The notes beneath the pieces were generated by a model that had not been told where the DNA came from, ran no database searches, and saw only the letters and a program-made list of their open reading frames with translations. DNA of 64,000 nt. Source: Actinomycetota bacterium. Lineage in GTDB: Bacteria; Actinomycetota; Coriobacteriia; Anaerosomatales; D1FN1-002. The position numbers were made by a program, and so were the translations under genes. The number at the start of each line of letters is the position of its first letter. The stretch's first letter is position 1. The stretch spans positions 3,629 through 67,628 of the forward strand of contig JBBIJK010000006.1 of the NCBI GenBank assembly GCA_037445995.1, written 5' to 3'. Positions 1-9,846 of the stretch are shown piece by piece.

Positions 1-61
1 CGCCGATCGCTCCTAGCAGCACGGTCGATGCCCTGATCGAGAAGATCGGAAGAGAGGCAAC

Positions 62-865
62 TTGAGAGTCGTGTCTCCAAGGACCCTTGGCGTGACCGCG
101 GGCCTTCTCGCCGGTGCGGCCTTCGTCAGCTTGTGGGGCTGGGCGGACTTCGGCGGGGAGACGCTGGGGTTGTGGGTGTCCGACGCCGGCAGCGCCCTCG
201 TCAACGCCGCCGCGGCCGCGGTGATACTCACGGTTGCGTTCGGCTACGCGCGAGGCGAGGCGGTGCGTCGGCGCTGGATGCTGGTGGGGTTGGGTGTGTC
301 GGCCTTCGCGATAGGCGACGTCATCTGGACCGTGCTGGAGGCCGGCATGGGGCTGTCGCCATGGCCCAGCCTCGCCGACATCTTCTACCTTTCTGAGTAC
401 GGGTTCCTCTTCGCGGCCATTCTTGGGGCCGGACTTGCGTACCGCTCCTTCGTCGACGTCAGGGGTCCGGTCTTGATCTCCTCGGCAGTCGGGATCGCTT
501 TGGTGTCGGTCGGGCTCGCGTCGTTCACGCGCCCCTACGTGTGGGCCGACGCCGAGCTGGGTCTGGCCGCTAAGGCGCTGGCGACCGCGTATCCCGTTCT
601 CGACGCGGCCCTGCTCGTCGTTCCCGCGGTGTTCGTCGCCCTTGTGATCCGCAATCTCGGAACGGGCCGGCTCGCATGGCCCTGGTGGGCGATGGTGCTG
701 GCTGCCATCCTGCTCGGCACGGCGGATACCGCGTACTACGCCCTGGACGCCACCGGCATCGCCATACCGGGCGCGGCATGGTCCCTGATCGACTCAGGCT
801 GGATGGGCGCGCATGCGGTGATGGCGTTCGCCGCCATGCTGGCGCGCGACGTCGAGAGGGTCTAG
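62..865 (+). CDS. integral membrane protein, function unknown
   Basis: 267-aa ORF with a TTG start about 6 nt after GGAAGAGAGG. It has high third-position GC and about 7-8 hydrophobic helices. No catalytic motif was recognised. Confidence 0.55.
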   Translation: MRVVSPRTLGVTAGLLAGAAFVSLWGWADFGGETLGLWVSDAGSALVNAAAAAVILTVAFGYARGEAVRRRWMLVGLGVSAFAIGDVIWTVLEAGMGLSPWPSLADIFYLSEYGFLFAAILGAGLAYRSFVDVRGPVLISSAVGIALVSVGLASFTRPYVWADAELGLAAKALATAYPVLDAALLVVPAVFVALVIRNLGTGRLAWPWWAMVLAAILLGTADTAYYALDATGIAIPGAAWSLIDSGWMGAHAVMAFAAMLARDVERV

Positions 866-903
866 GCCGCCGCCGTCGGGCGGGAGCGACGCGCCGGAGC
901 GGG

Positions 904-3900
904 CTATCCGCCGAGCAGGACGACTCTGACCCTGCGCGTCCCGCCGTCCGTCTCCAGGGGCACTCTGGGTTCGGGGAGGCGGACGCCGTCGAGTTCCACG
1001 TACGCGACGCCCCGGTTGACCCCTCGGGGGTTCTCCACCTCGACCTCGTAGAGGGTCCGTTCGTTGCGGTATCGCATCGAGTAGCCGCTCCAGGTCTTGG
1101 GGATGCACGGGTCGACCACCATGTGGCGTCGCCCGCCCTCGGAGACGACGTCCAGTCCCAGGAGGTGCCTCACGATCACGTGGTGATACCAGGAGGCCGA
1201 CCCGGTGTACCAGGTCCAGCCCCCCCTTCCCACGTGCGGCTCGACGGCGTAGACGTCCGCCGCCACGACGTAGGGCTCCACCTTGTACCTGTCGACGTCC
1301 TCGGGCGTGAGTGAGTGGTTCACCGGGTTGATGAGGTCGAGCAGGGAGTGAGCTTCGTCTCCGTCCCCCATCATCAGGTGTGCGAGAGCCACCCAGACGG
1401 CTGCATGGGTGTACTGGCCGCCGTTCTCGCGTACGCCGGGCACGTACCCCTTGATGTACCCGGGGTCCTGCTCCATGCGGTCGAAGGGCGGGGTCAGCAG
1501 CATGACTACCCCGTCGTCCCATCTGACCAGGCGCTGCTCCACGGCATCGAGGGCCCTCATCGCGCGCGCGGAGTCGCCCGAACCCGAGATCACCGCCCAC
1601 GCCTGAGCGATGGCGTCTATGCGGCACTCCTCGGCCGACTTGCTCCCCAGAGGGGTTCCGTCATCGAAGTACGCGCGGCGGTACCACGAGCCGTCCCAGG
1701 CTTCTCGCTCCGCCGCCGCCACGACCTTTGCCGCGAACGCCCTCCATGAGGCCGCCCGCTCGGCGTCGTCCCGCTCCTGGGCGACTGTCGCGAACCGCCC
1801 GAGGACGACATCGAGGAACCACGCCATCCAGACGCTCTCGCCTTGTCCGCCCAGTCCGACGCGGTTCATGCCGTCGTTCCAGTCACCACCGCCCATCAGC
1901 GGCAGTCCGTGGGGGCCGGTGCCCAGCGACGCTTCGATGGCGGCGACACAGTGACCGTAGACCGACGCCTGCCGCTCTGAGCAAGAGGGCTGGATGTAGG
2001 CGTCTTCCGCGCCTTCTTCCAGTGCCGGACCTTCGAGGAATGCGACGGTCTCATCCAGGACCGTCGAGTCTCCGGTCGCGCGCAGGTACTCAGCGACGAT
2101 CAGGGGCAGCCAGAGCCGGTCGTCCGTGAAGCGGGTGCGCACCCCGCGCCCGCTGACCGGCTGCCACCAGTGGAGGACGTCACCTTCGGGGAACTGCCGT
2201 CGCGAGGCTTCCACGATGTGGTCTCTCACGAGGTCGGGACGGACCGCGAGCAGCGCGAGGCAGTCCTGCAGCTGGTCTCGGAATCCAAAGGCGCCCGACG
2301 ACTGGTACGTCGCCGTTCGGCCCCAGAACCGGCAGGACAGAGCCTGGTAGAGCAGGTGCGAGTTGACCAGCGCATCCATCGCCGGGTCAGGCGTCGAGAC
2401 CTGGATGGCGTCCAGGTCCCGCTCCCAGGCGTCCTTCGCGGCATCGAGCGCGCTGGAGATCGCGCCTGGCTCGCGAAGGGAGCTGACGAGGTCCCGAGCG
2501 AGATCGAGGATCGTCGTCTGACCGAGCAGGAAGCTGACCTCCGACGTCTGACCCGGACCGATCTCAACGGGCACCATGAGCGCCCCGCAGTTGTCGTGAT
2601 AGCGCCCGGTCGTCCCGCACAGCGAGGCGGCGCGCATGGCTGCGGGAGACGCGGGGTCGCCGTTCCTCCCGAGGAACTCCGTGCGGCTGGCCGTGTATGA
2701 GTGCAGCGGCTTGTCGCATGCGAGGAAAGCGCTCCTCCCGGGGAAGTCGTCGTTGAAGTGATTGTGCGCGGTCAGCATCGCGGCCCCGGGGTCCCACCAC
2801 GTGACCACCTGCTGGTTGGCCCGGCTGCGCGACGAGCCCAGGACCCACTCGACCATGTGCGTCACGGTCAGGCGGCGGGACCGCTCCGAGAGGTTGGTGA
2901 GCCGAAGGCGCGCGATCCGGACGGGCTCATCGGGCGGGACGAACCAGGTGAGTTCGTGCGCGATGCCTCTGGTGGTGTGCTCGAACACCGAGTAACCCCG
3001 GCCATGCCTGACGACATAGGGGTCCTCGTCGCGAACGGGGAGCGGTGTGGGCGACCATAACTCCCCAGTGTCCTCGTCCCGCACGTAGGTCAGCTCGCCC
3101 GACCCGTCCGACACGGGGTCGTTGTTCCACGTGGTGATGCGGTTCTCGTGGCTGTTCTCCGCCCAGGTGGTGCCGATCCCCGCCTCGGAGACCATGGTCC
3201 CGAAACGCGGCCTTCCGATCACGTTCACCCATGGGGCCGGAGTGGTGGCGTCGCCCTCCAGCACGACCACGTACTCTCTGCGGTCCAGGTCGTAGCCGCC
3301 AAGCCCGTTGTCGAACGCCAGTTCCGGCCTGTCGAACGGCGCCTTGGGGGCCCGCCTCGCGCGATCAGGCGGATCGGCGAGGGTAGTCAGCGCGGGCGCC
3401 GGCTCCGGCCGCCTGCCGCGTTGCCCGAGCTGCATCGCGATCGTGCCGCCATCACCCTCGATGGTGGCCCGCGCGACCGACACCAGCAGGTTCAGCACGT
3501 CGGGGTGCATCTGGTCGGCCCGGCGCAGGAAGACCCCGCCGGGCTTGTCCGCCAGCTGCAGCGCGTGGCCGGTACGGACAAGGAGCTTCAGGCGCTCGTC
3601 GAGATCGTCAGCGTATCCCGTGGGGCGCGTGTTCAGGACGACCAGGTCGGCGACGAGCCCCTTGTGCCGCCAGTACTGATGCGCCAGGAGGGCCTGCCTC
3701 ACCATGGGGGCGTCCTCCAGCCGGTCGATGCGGACCAGCAGGATGGGCAGGTCGCCGGAGATGCCGAGAGACCACAGCCCGTCCATCCGAAGCCCGTTCT
3801 CCACCGGCGTCTTGACCTTGAGCGGCGAGAACGGGTCCGTCAGAAGCAGGCGAGAGGCCAGCCGCTGGAAGACGACGGCTTCTTCGGAGGTGATCCCGAG

Positions 3901-6900
3901 GTCCCGCAGCTCTACCTGGCCGGCCGTCCATGCGAGGTCAGCCGCCCTTTGAGCGGCCGTGATGGAGGCGTACTTCTCGACAAGCGCCTCCGCTTCCTCG
4001 CGGGTGTCCGCGCCCCCGGTGGCGAACACGAGTCTCGTGGTCCCGCCCGGAGGCACCCTGACGGTCCCCCTGGACGCGCAGCATGGGTCTATCACGGCGC
4101 CCAGGGTGCCCGACAGGGACCCGGGGGCCGAGGCGAGGGCGGCGGGGTCGTGCACGCTTCGAAGCCGGCCGATGAATCGAGCGCGATCGGTCTCGCATGA
4201 CCAGTCGCAGCCGGTCTCCGGCTCGCACGCCAGGACGTGGAACCCCCATGGCCGGGCCTCCTCCGAGGACCGCGGACGCCGCGAGAACAGGACGGCCCGG
4301 CTGTCGGGGAGCGCCTCGGTCTCGACGAAGAGGTTCGAGAAGGCTCTGTGAGCCTGATCGGCGCCCTGTGGGGACAGGGCGATTTCGAAGTAGGAGGTGA
4401 CCTCGAGATGGCGGGTGTCGCGGCCGTGGTTCGTGAACGCGAGCCTCCGGACCTCCACGTCGTCCTCGGGAGAGACGATCACCTCGCAGCGGGTGTCGAT
4501 GTCACCGTCGCGGCGCCAGTATTCCGCCTTGTCCTCCGAGAAGGTGGCCCGGTACTCGTCGCCGGGGACCCGGAGCGGCTGGAAGGCGGCGGACCAGCGG
4601 TCTCCGGACGCGATGTCACGGACGTAGAGGAAGGTGCCCCAGCAGTCCCGCGTGACGTCCTCCCGGTACCGGGTGACGGCGAGACCCGCGCGACGCGAGT
4701 AGCCGCCCCCGGCGTTCGTCACCATGACCGAGTAGCTGCCGTTGGACAGGAAGTGCGTCGCGGGGGTGTAGGTGCCGGTGTCGGAGTACGAGCGGCCCGC
4801 GATTGCGGGGAGCTCTCGAACGGAACCCGCGAGCCGCACCTCCTCGACGTGGGGCGTCGTCAGTTGCGCGTGGCGGGGCACGCGTTCCTGCAGCAGCAGC
4901 TCGGCCGAGCGCACCATCGGGTCGGCGTGGAAGCGCTCTCTCATCCGGTACCCGGTGACCTCGTTGGCAAGGGCGACCATGCTCATCCCCTGGTGGTGGG
5001 CGAAGTACGCTCGCACGACGGCTCTCTTGGCGCCAGCGGGGATCCGGGCCGGGGTGTAGTCGATCGACTCGTAGAAGCCGTAGCGCCCCTCGCCTCCGCG
5101 GAGCCGCAAGGCGTCAAGGTTCGCGAGCGCCGCCTCGCGGTCTATCTGAAGAGCGAGGACGCTCGCGTAGGGCGCGATGACGACGTCGTCCGACAGTCCA
5201 CGCTTGAGCCCGAGTCCGGGGACCCCGAACGCCTGATACTGGTAGGTTAGGTTGACATCCTTGGCGTTGAAGGCGGATTCCGACACGCCCCAGGGCACGC
5301 CGCGTTGTCGGCCGTACTGGATCTGCCTCGCGACCACCGACGCGTACGTCCGGTCGAGCAGCGTGTCGGGCCATGTCCTCATCACCAGGAGCGGCATCAG
5401 GTACTCGAACATGGACGCGCTCCACGAGACTAGCGCGTGACCCGAGCCGGTGTCGGTGATGGAGCGGCCCAGCCGGAACCAGTGGTCCTGCGGAACGTCG
5501 CCCTTGGCGACCGCGAGGAAGCTCGCGAGGCGGCACTCCGAGGCCAGGATGTCGTAGTACGAGCCGTCGAGCCGACCCTCCGCGGTGTTGTATCCGATCG
5601 AGAAGAGGCGCCGGCTGGGGTCGTACAGCGGCCGGAAGTCGGTGTGCTCCCACATCTCGCGCGCGATGTCGCTCTGGAGCCGCATCTCGGCCAGGACGCT
5701 CGCGCACAGGGGGCGCTTGTCCCGGACACCGGCGGCCACGGCGGCGGCCCACACCGACGCCCGGCCGCATCCATCGTCCCCTTCGGCGTCTCGCGAGGCC
5801 AGCTCGTCTAAGGCGTCGAGAGCGCCGTCGAGCCCCTCGCCCAGCCCGACGATGGAGGGCGTGTGCTCGAGCAGCGGCTCGAGGTCCTCGTAGCGAGGGC
5901 AGGAGCGGACCCTGGCGGGGATGTCGGCGATCATCTCGGCCCAGGGCGCCATCTGCGAGAGGGTGCGCCCGGGCGCGCGCAGCGACTCCGAGACCATCCT
6001 CAAAGCCTCCGCCGCGATCCCGCCGTCCGCGAGGCGGGCTGTCAGTCCGTCGAGGTCCTCCGCGACCGACTCGAGCGACTCGAGCAGCACCCACCACTCA
6101 CCCAAGGTCGCCGGGGGCGGCTCGAGGGAGACGTGGCGTCGCACCTCCTCGAGGACCGCGGCGGCCTCTGTCGCGACTGCGGACCGCTCCGGCGGCGCCA
6201 GACCCGCGAGGTCTTCCAGCGCCAGGACGACCGTGTCGGAGATGCCGTCCACGAGTTGGGGGCCGAGCAGTGGGGCCTCGGAGGCCTCGAGCAGGCCGAC
6301 GCGGAGAACGAGAAGGTGTCCGGCCAGGTTCCCCGAGTCCACTGTGGAGACGTACGCGGGGCGGAGCGGTTCGAGGGTCAGGGTGTCGTACCAGTTGTAG
6401 AAGTGCCCCTCGTGGCGTTGCAGGCCGGCCAGCGAGTTGAGCGTCAGGCGCGTCCGCTCGAACGCCTCGGGTGCGGTGATGTACCCGAGGTCGTACGCGG
6501 AGAGGTAGCTGAGCAGCTGAAGGCCCACGTTGGTCGGCGACGTGCGGTGGGCCACCTCGCCCCCGGGGTCTTCCTGGAAGTTGTCGGGCGCCAGCCAGTG
6601 GTCCCGCTGCGTGACGAAGGTGTCGAAGAACCGCCAGGTGCGCCTCGCGATTCTGCGGATCTCGGCCGCCTGACACTCGTCGGGTCCGACGGTCCTGGGA
6701 GGCGTCGGGCGCGAGACCCACCAGGCCGCCCACGGCGCTGCGGCCCAGACCGCGGCGAACGCCGCCAGCACCGGGATGCGAGCCGCATCGAGGAACGCCG
6801 CCGGGACAAGGGCGGCCACGATCGCGAGCGAGGAGGGCGCGATCCGCCGGACCGAGCCCGCGAGCGAGGAGCCCAAGCGGCGCTCGGCGTCCGCGGCGGT

Positions 6901-9669
6901 CTCCCACTCGAGCAGCCCCCGCTTCGAGACCGTCATCCGCCACAGTGCGCGGCCGATGGCGTCCACGTGCAGCTGTGCCTGGTGGGGGAGCATGGCCAGG
7001 GTGAGGAGGGCCCTGGCCGAGTCTCGGCCGAAGTCCCGCCACGCGGTCCTCGCGGAGGTCGAGAAAGAGACGGATTTGGGCGGGAACAGCACCGAATCGG
7101 CCAGCGAGAAGTACGCGGGGAAGAAGACGGTCAGGAGCATGGCCAGCGCCCAGAGCCCTCCGCCGCCGGGCAGCAGGTACCATCCCGACACGGTCAGCAG
7201 CAGGACCGAGGGGGCGAACAGGCTCCTGCGGAGGTTGTCGACGATCTTCCACCGGTGAAGGCCGGAAAGCGGGTTGGCCTCCGTCCCGCTGGCGGTGGGG
7301 ACTCGTGGGGCCAACCACGGGGCAGTCTGCCAGTCACCTCGCACCCAGCGGTGCACCCGGGCCGCCTGGGCCGCATAGGTGGCCGGGTAGTCGTCGTAGA
7401 CCTCCACGTCGGACACGAGCGCCGTCCGGAGGTAGCAGCCCTCGAGCAGGTCGTGGGAGAGGAGCTGGTTGTCGGGCATGCGGTCTTCGAACACGGCGTC
7501 GAAGACGTCGACCTCGAAGATCCCCTTGCCGGTGAAGGACCCTTCGCCGAACACGTCCTGGTAGGTGTCCGACACCGCGCCCGCGTAGGGGTCGATGCCG
7601 GTGACCCCGGAGTACAGCCATGCGAACATCGAGCGGCCTGACGACGGCAGGGACATCCCCACCCTGGGTTGGACCAAGCCGTACCCGGCGGTCACCCGTC
7701 GCGCTCCGCGCTCCAGTCTGGCGCGGTTGAGGGGGTGCGCGATCGTCGAGACGAGCTTGGCCGCGCCGTCTCGCGGCAGGATCGTGTCCGCGTCCAGCGT
7801 GATCACGAACGTGACCAGAGGCTCGAACGACGTGTCCCCTTCCACATGCGAGAAGCTCGTCCCCTGCGAGCCCCGCAGACGCCTCGTTAGTTCGACAAGC
7901 GCCCCTCGTTTGCGCTCCCACCCCATCCATAGGCCTTCGCCGCTGGCGAACCGCCTTTCTCGCAGGTACAGAAGGAACGGGGTCGTCCCGTGCTCTCGCA
8001 GGTAGCGGTCGTTCAGCTCCGCTACGCCTCTTCGGGCGGCTTCCACGACCGGCGCGTCCCCCGGGACGCTCTCCTGCGGGGCCGACCGCAAGTCGCCCAG
8101 GAGCGCGAAGCGCAAGTTGGGGTCGGGGTTGGCCAGATAGGCGCGCTCGAGGTTGTCCACCACCGACTGGGCCGCCGGGGCCGAGGACAGGAGAGCGGGC
8201 ACGACCACGAGCGTGCGGTGGGTGTCGGCGATCGGCTTCCGGAAGTCGAGCTTGGGCAGGACGCGAGGCGGCCACAGCGAGGCGGCCAGCCGGTTGACGA
8301 TGTTGAGGGACAGGTCGCTCATGGGCACGATAGCGAGCGTCATCACTGCGGCGACCACGCCCAGAGAGGCGCCGGAGGCGGCGACGAGTCCGGCCAGCAG
8401 CGCCGCGAGCGCCAGAGTGTTGCCCGCCAGGATGCCCCAGTAGATCGCGCCCCTGTGCGAGAGGGGGCCGCGATACAGGTACTCGCGTGCGTGAGGGCGG
8501 TAGCCGACCGATCGCTCCAGCGAGTACCGCCCCTTCCCGATGAGGTAGCACCCGACGTGCGCTCCCACGGTGTCGGCGGCGTCACGCCTCAGGCCGTCGA
8601 GCGACCAGCTGATGACGGCTTCGGCGAGCTCGATCTCGCTCATCGGGCAGCGGCGGGCCATGCCCTCGAGCGCGTGGCGGTAGCGGTCCCGGCTCCGGAA
8701 GTCCATATGCTGGTACACGCCGGCGGGATCCTCGGACAGGATGTGTTCGACCAGGCAGCACCGCTCGAAGAACGTCTGCCAGTCCAGCGCTTCGAGGAAG
8801 CGTATCGCGGTGATGGAGTTGGCGACCGACACCTGGTCGGCCGCCTGCTCCTGCTGCTCGGCCCGGACCATCTCCTCGAAGGTTCGCCCGGTCCTCGTGA
8901 CCCTGCGACCGAGCCACGACGTCATCTCCGCCGTGACGTCCTCGCGGCCTTGGAGACGCTGGCCCAGCCGTCGGAGGAAGACCTGCTCGGCGTGGTGCCG
9001 CCGAGCGTCCAGCCGCGCGACCGCGGCGGCCGCGTCGTCTGCGCCAGCCCGGGCGGCGACGATGAGCTCGTCGGCCGCGTCGTCCGCCGCCGACTCCTCG
9101 ATCTGGGTCATCGCGACGCGATGTGCTATGCGCCGCACGTTCTCCACCAGTCCGATGCGCAGCATTATCGGCAGAGCCCACACTTCGCCGATCGAGAGGG
9201 GCGAGCCCTCCTGGAAGCCCATCACGTAGCGGACGAGGTGCTCTTCATCGAATCTGGAGTCGGTGTGGGTGAGCAGGTAGGTGACCGCCTCGAAGACGCG
9301 CGGGAATCCGGCGAGGTCCCCCGACAGGAGGCGTGGGAGCTCGATGCTGTAGTGCGCCGGCAGGTCGCGGCGAGCCGTGCGGATCTGCGTCTCCACAAGG
9401 TAGTGGTTGTCCAGCAGCCACTCGGCCGCCGGCGAGACGGCTCGTTGCTCGCGGGCCGCGGCGGCAAGCTGATCGTTGCACCAGGCCACGTGACTGGCGG
9501 CCTCGTCCAGCAGCTTGAGCAGCGGGTTGGCCGGCGCGAGGCCCTTGACCGTCCAGGCCTGGGTTCCCGCGAGGGCCTCCGCGGCCTTTGCCGCGGCCTC
9601 CGCTGACAGGATGTTCCCTCGCATGGGCGCGGGGACGTCTCCTGTGTATGGCGAGTAGGTTCCGGCCAT
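904..9669 (-). CDS. cyclic beta-1,2-glucan synthase-like giant glycosyltransferase/phosphorylase (NdvB/ChvB/Cgs architecture)
   Basis: Uninterrupted 2921-aa ORF. The N-terminal region contains AEWLLDNHYLVETQIR. A TM-flanked GT-A domain carries ITLDADT (DxD). The middle has an alpha-barrel region (DNFQEDPGGEVAHRTSPTNVG). The C-terminus is a GH94 phosphorylase-like region. Confidence 0.85.
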   Translation of the reverse strand: MAGTYSPYTGDVPAPMRGNILSAEAAAKAAEALAGTQAWTVKGLAPANPLLKLLDEAASHVAWCNDQLAAAAREQRAVSPAAEWLLDNHYLVETQIRTARRDLPAHYSIELPRLLSGDLAGFPRVFEAVTYLLTHTDSRFDEEHLVRYVMGFQEGSPLSIGEVWALPIMLRIGLVENVRRIAHRVAMTQIEESAADDAADELIVAARAGADDAAAAVARLDARRHHAEQVFLRRLGQRLQGREDVTAEMTSWLGRRVTRTGRTFEEMVRAEQQEQAADQVSVANSITAIRFLEALDWQTFFERCCLVEHILSEDPAGVYQHMDFRSRDRYRHALEGMARRCPMSEIELAEAVISWSLDGLRRDAADTVGAHVGCYLIGKGRYSLERSVGYRPHAREYLYRGPLSHRGAIYWGILAGNTLALAALLAGLVAASGASLGVVAAVMTLAIVPMSDLSLNIVNRLAASLWPPRVLPKLDFRKPIADTHRTLVVVPALLSSAPAAQSVVDNLERAYLANPDPNLRFALLGDLRSAPQESVPGDAPVVEAARRGVAELNDRYLREHGTTPFLLYLRERRFASGEGLWMGWERKRGALVELTRRLRGSQGTSFSHVEGDTSFEPLVTFVITLDADTILPRDGAAKLVSTIAHPLNRARLERGARRVTAGYGLVQPRVGMSLPSSGRSMFAWLYSGVTGIDPYAGAVSDTYQDVFGEGSFTGKGIFEVDVFDAVFEDRMPDNQLLSHDLLEGCYLRTALVSDVEVYDDYPATYAAQAARVHRWVRGDWQTAPWLAPRVPTASGTEANPLSGLHRWKIVDNLRRSLFAPSVLLLTVSGWYLLPGGGGLWALAMLLTVFFPAYFSLADSVLFPPKSVSFSTSARTAWRDFGRDSARALLTLAMLPHQAQLHVDAIGRALWRMTVSKRGLLEWETAADAERRLGSSLAGSVRRIAPSSLAIVAALVPAAFLDAARIPVLAAFAAVWAAAPWAAWWVSRPTPPRTVGPDECQAAEIRRIARRTWRFFDTFVTQRDHWLAPDNFQEDPGGEVAHRTSPTNVGLQLLSYLSAYDLGYITAPEAFERTRLTLNSLAGLQRHEGHFYNWYDTLTLEPLRPAYVSTVDSGNLAGHLLVLRVGLLEASEAPLLGPQLVDGISDTVVLALEDLAGLAPPERSAVATEAAAVLEEVRRHVSLEPPPATLGEWWVLLESLESVAEDLDGLTARLADGGIAAEALRMVSESLRAPGRTLSQMAPWAEMIADIPARVRSCPRYEDLEPLLEHTPSIVGLGEGLDGALDALDELASRDAEGDDGCGRASVWAAAVAAGVRDKRPLCASVLAEMRLQSDIAREMWEHTDFRPLYDPSRRLFSIGYNTAEGRLDGSYYDILASECRLASFLAVAKGDVPQDHWFRLGRSITDTGSGHALVSWSASMFEYLMPLLVMRTWPDTLLDRTYASVVARQIQYGRQRGVPWGVSESAFNAKDVNLTYQYQAFGVPGLGLKRGLSDDVVIAPYASVLALQIDREAALANLDALRLRGGEGRYGFYESIDYTPARIPAGAKRAVVRAYFAHHQGMSMVALANEVTGYRMRERFHADPMVRSAELLLQERVPRHAQLTTPHVEEVRLAGSVRELPAIAGRSYSDTGTYTPATHFLSNGSYSVMVTNAGGGYSRRAGLAVTRYREDVTRDCWGTFLYVRDIASGDRWSAAFQPLRVPGDEYRATFSEDKAEYWRRDGDIDTRCEVIVSPEDDVEVRRLAFTNHGRDTRHLEVTSYFEIALSPQGADQAHRAFSNLFVETEALPDSRAVLFSRRPRSSEEARPWGFHVLACEPETGCDWSCETDRARFIGRLRSVHDPAALASAPGSLSGTLGAVIDPCCASRGTVRVPPGGTTRLVFATGGADTREEAEALVEKYASITAAQRAADLAWTAGQVELRDLGITSEEAVVFQRLASRLLLTDPFSPLKVKTPVENGLRMDGLWSLGISGDLPILLVRIDRLEDAPMVRQALLAHQYWRHKGLVADLVVLNTRPTGYADDLDERLKLLVRTGHALQLADKPGGVFLRRADQMHPDVLNLLVSVARATIEGDGGTIAMQLGQRGRRPEPAPALTTLADPPDRARRAPKAPFDRPELAFDNGLGGYDLDRREYVVVLEGDATTPAPWVNVIGRPRFGTMVSEAGIGTTWAENSHENRITTWNNDPVSDGSGELTYVRDEDTGELWSPTPLPVRDEDPYVVRHGRGYSVFEHTTRGIAHELTWFVPPDEPVRIARLRLTNLSERSRRLTVTHMVEWVLGSSRSRANQQVVTWWDPGAAMLTAHNHFNDDFPGRSAFLACDKPLHSYTASRTEFLGRNGDPASPAAMRAASLCGTTGRYHDNCGALMVPVEIGPGQTSEVSFLLGQTTILDLARDLVSSLREPGAISSALDAAKDAWERDLDAIQVSTPDPAMDALVNSHLLYQALSCRFWGRTATYQSSGAFGFRDQLQDCLALLAVRPDLVRDHIVEASRRQFPEGDVLHWWQPVSGRGVRTRFTDDRLWLPLIVAEYLRATGDSTVLDETVAFLEGPALEEGAEDAYIQPSCSERQASVYGHCVAAIEASLGTGPHGLPLMGGGDWNDGMNRVGLGGQGESVWMAWFLDVVLGRFATVAQERDDAERAASWRAFAAKVVAAAEREAWDGSWYRRAYFDDGTPLGSKSAEECRIDAIAQAWAVISGSGDSARAMRALDAVEQRLVRWDDGVVMLLTPPFDRMEQDPGYIKGYVPGVRENGGQYTHAAVWVALAHLMMGDGDEAHSLLDLINPVNHSLTPEDVDRYKVEPYVVAADVYAVEPHVGRGGWTWYTGSASWYHHVIVRHLLGLDVVSEGGRRHMVVDPCIPKTWSGYSMRYRNERTLYEVEVENPRGVNRGVAYVELDGVRLPEPRVPLETDGGTRRVRVVLLGG

Positions 9670-9846
9670 GCCGCCCGTCCGCTCGTAGCGCGACCCCGCG
9701 CCCGGAGGTCCCCCGTGCCGGGGCGCCCTCTCCCGCAGGTGCTATTCTCGCACGGTTCCCGACTCGCGCAGCCGCGCGCGGCACGGCGTTTGCGGGGCGG
9801 ATGCCTGTAGGGGCATTCTTTCCGGCTCGAGACATCGGAGGGCGAA

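Noticed and set aside
1315-9606. Many long plus-strand ORFs (e.g. 3148-4200, 4237-5250, 5863-7641, 7990-9606) overlapping the glucan synthase gene
   Set aside because: They are antisense to a 2921-aa ORF with clear family motifs. Their products are Arg/Gly/Pro/Asp-rich low-complexity strings, typical of stop-codon-poor frames in high-GC DNA.
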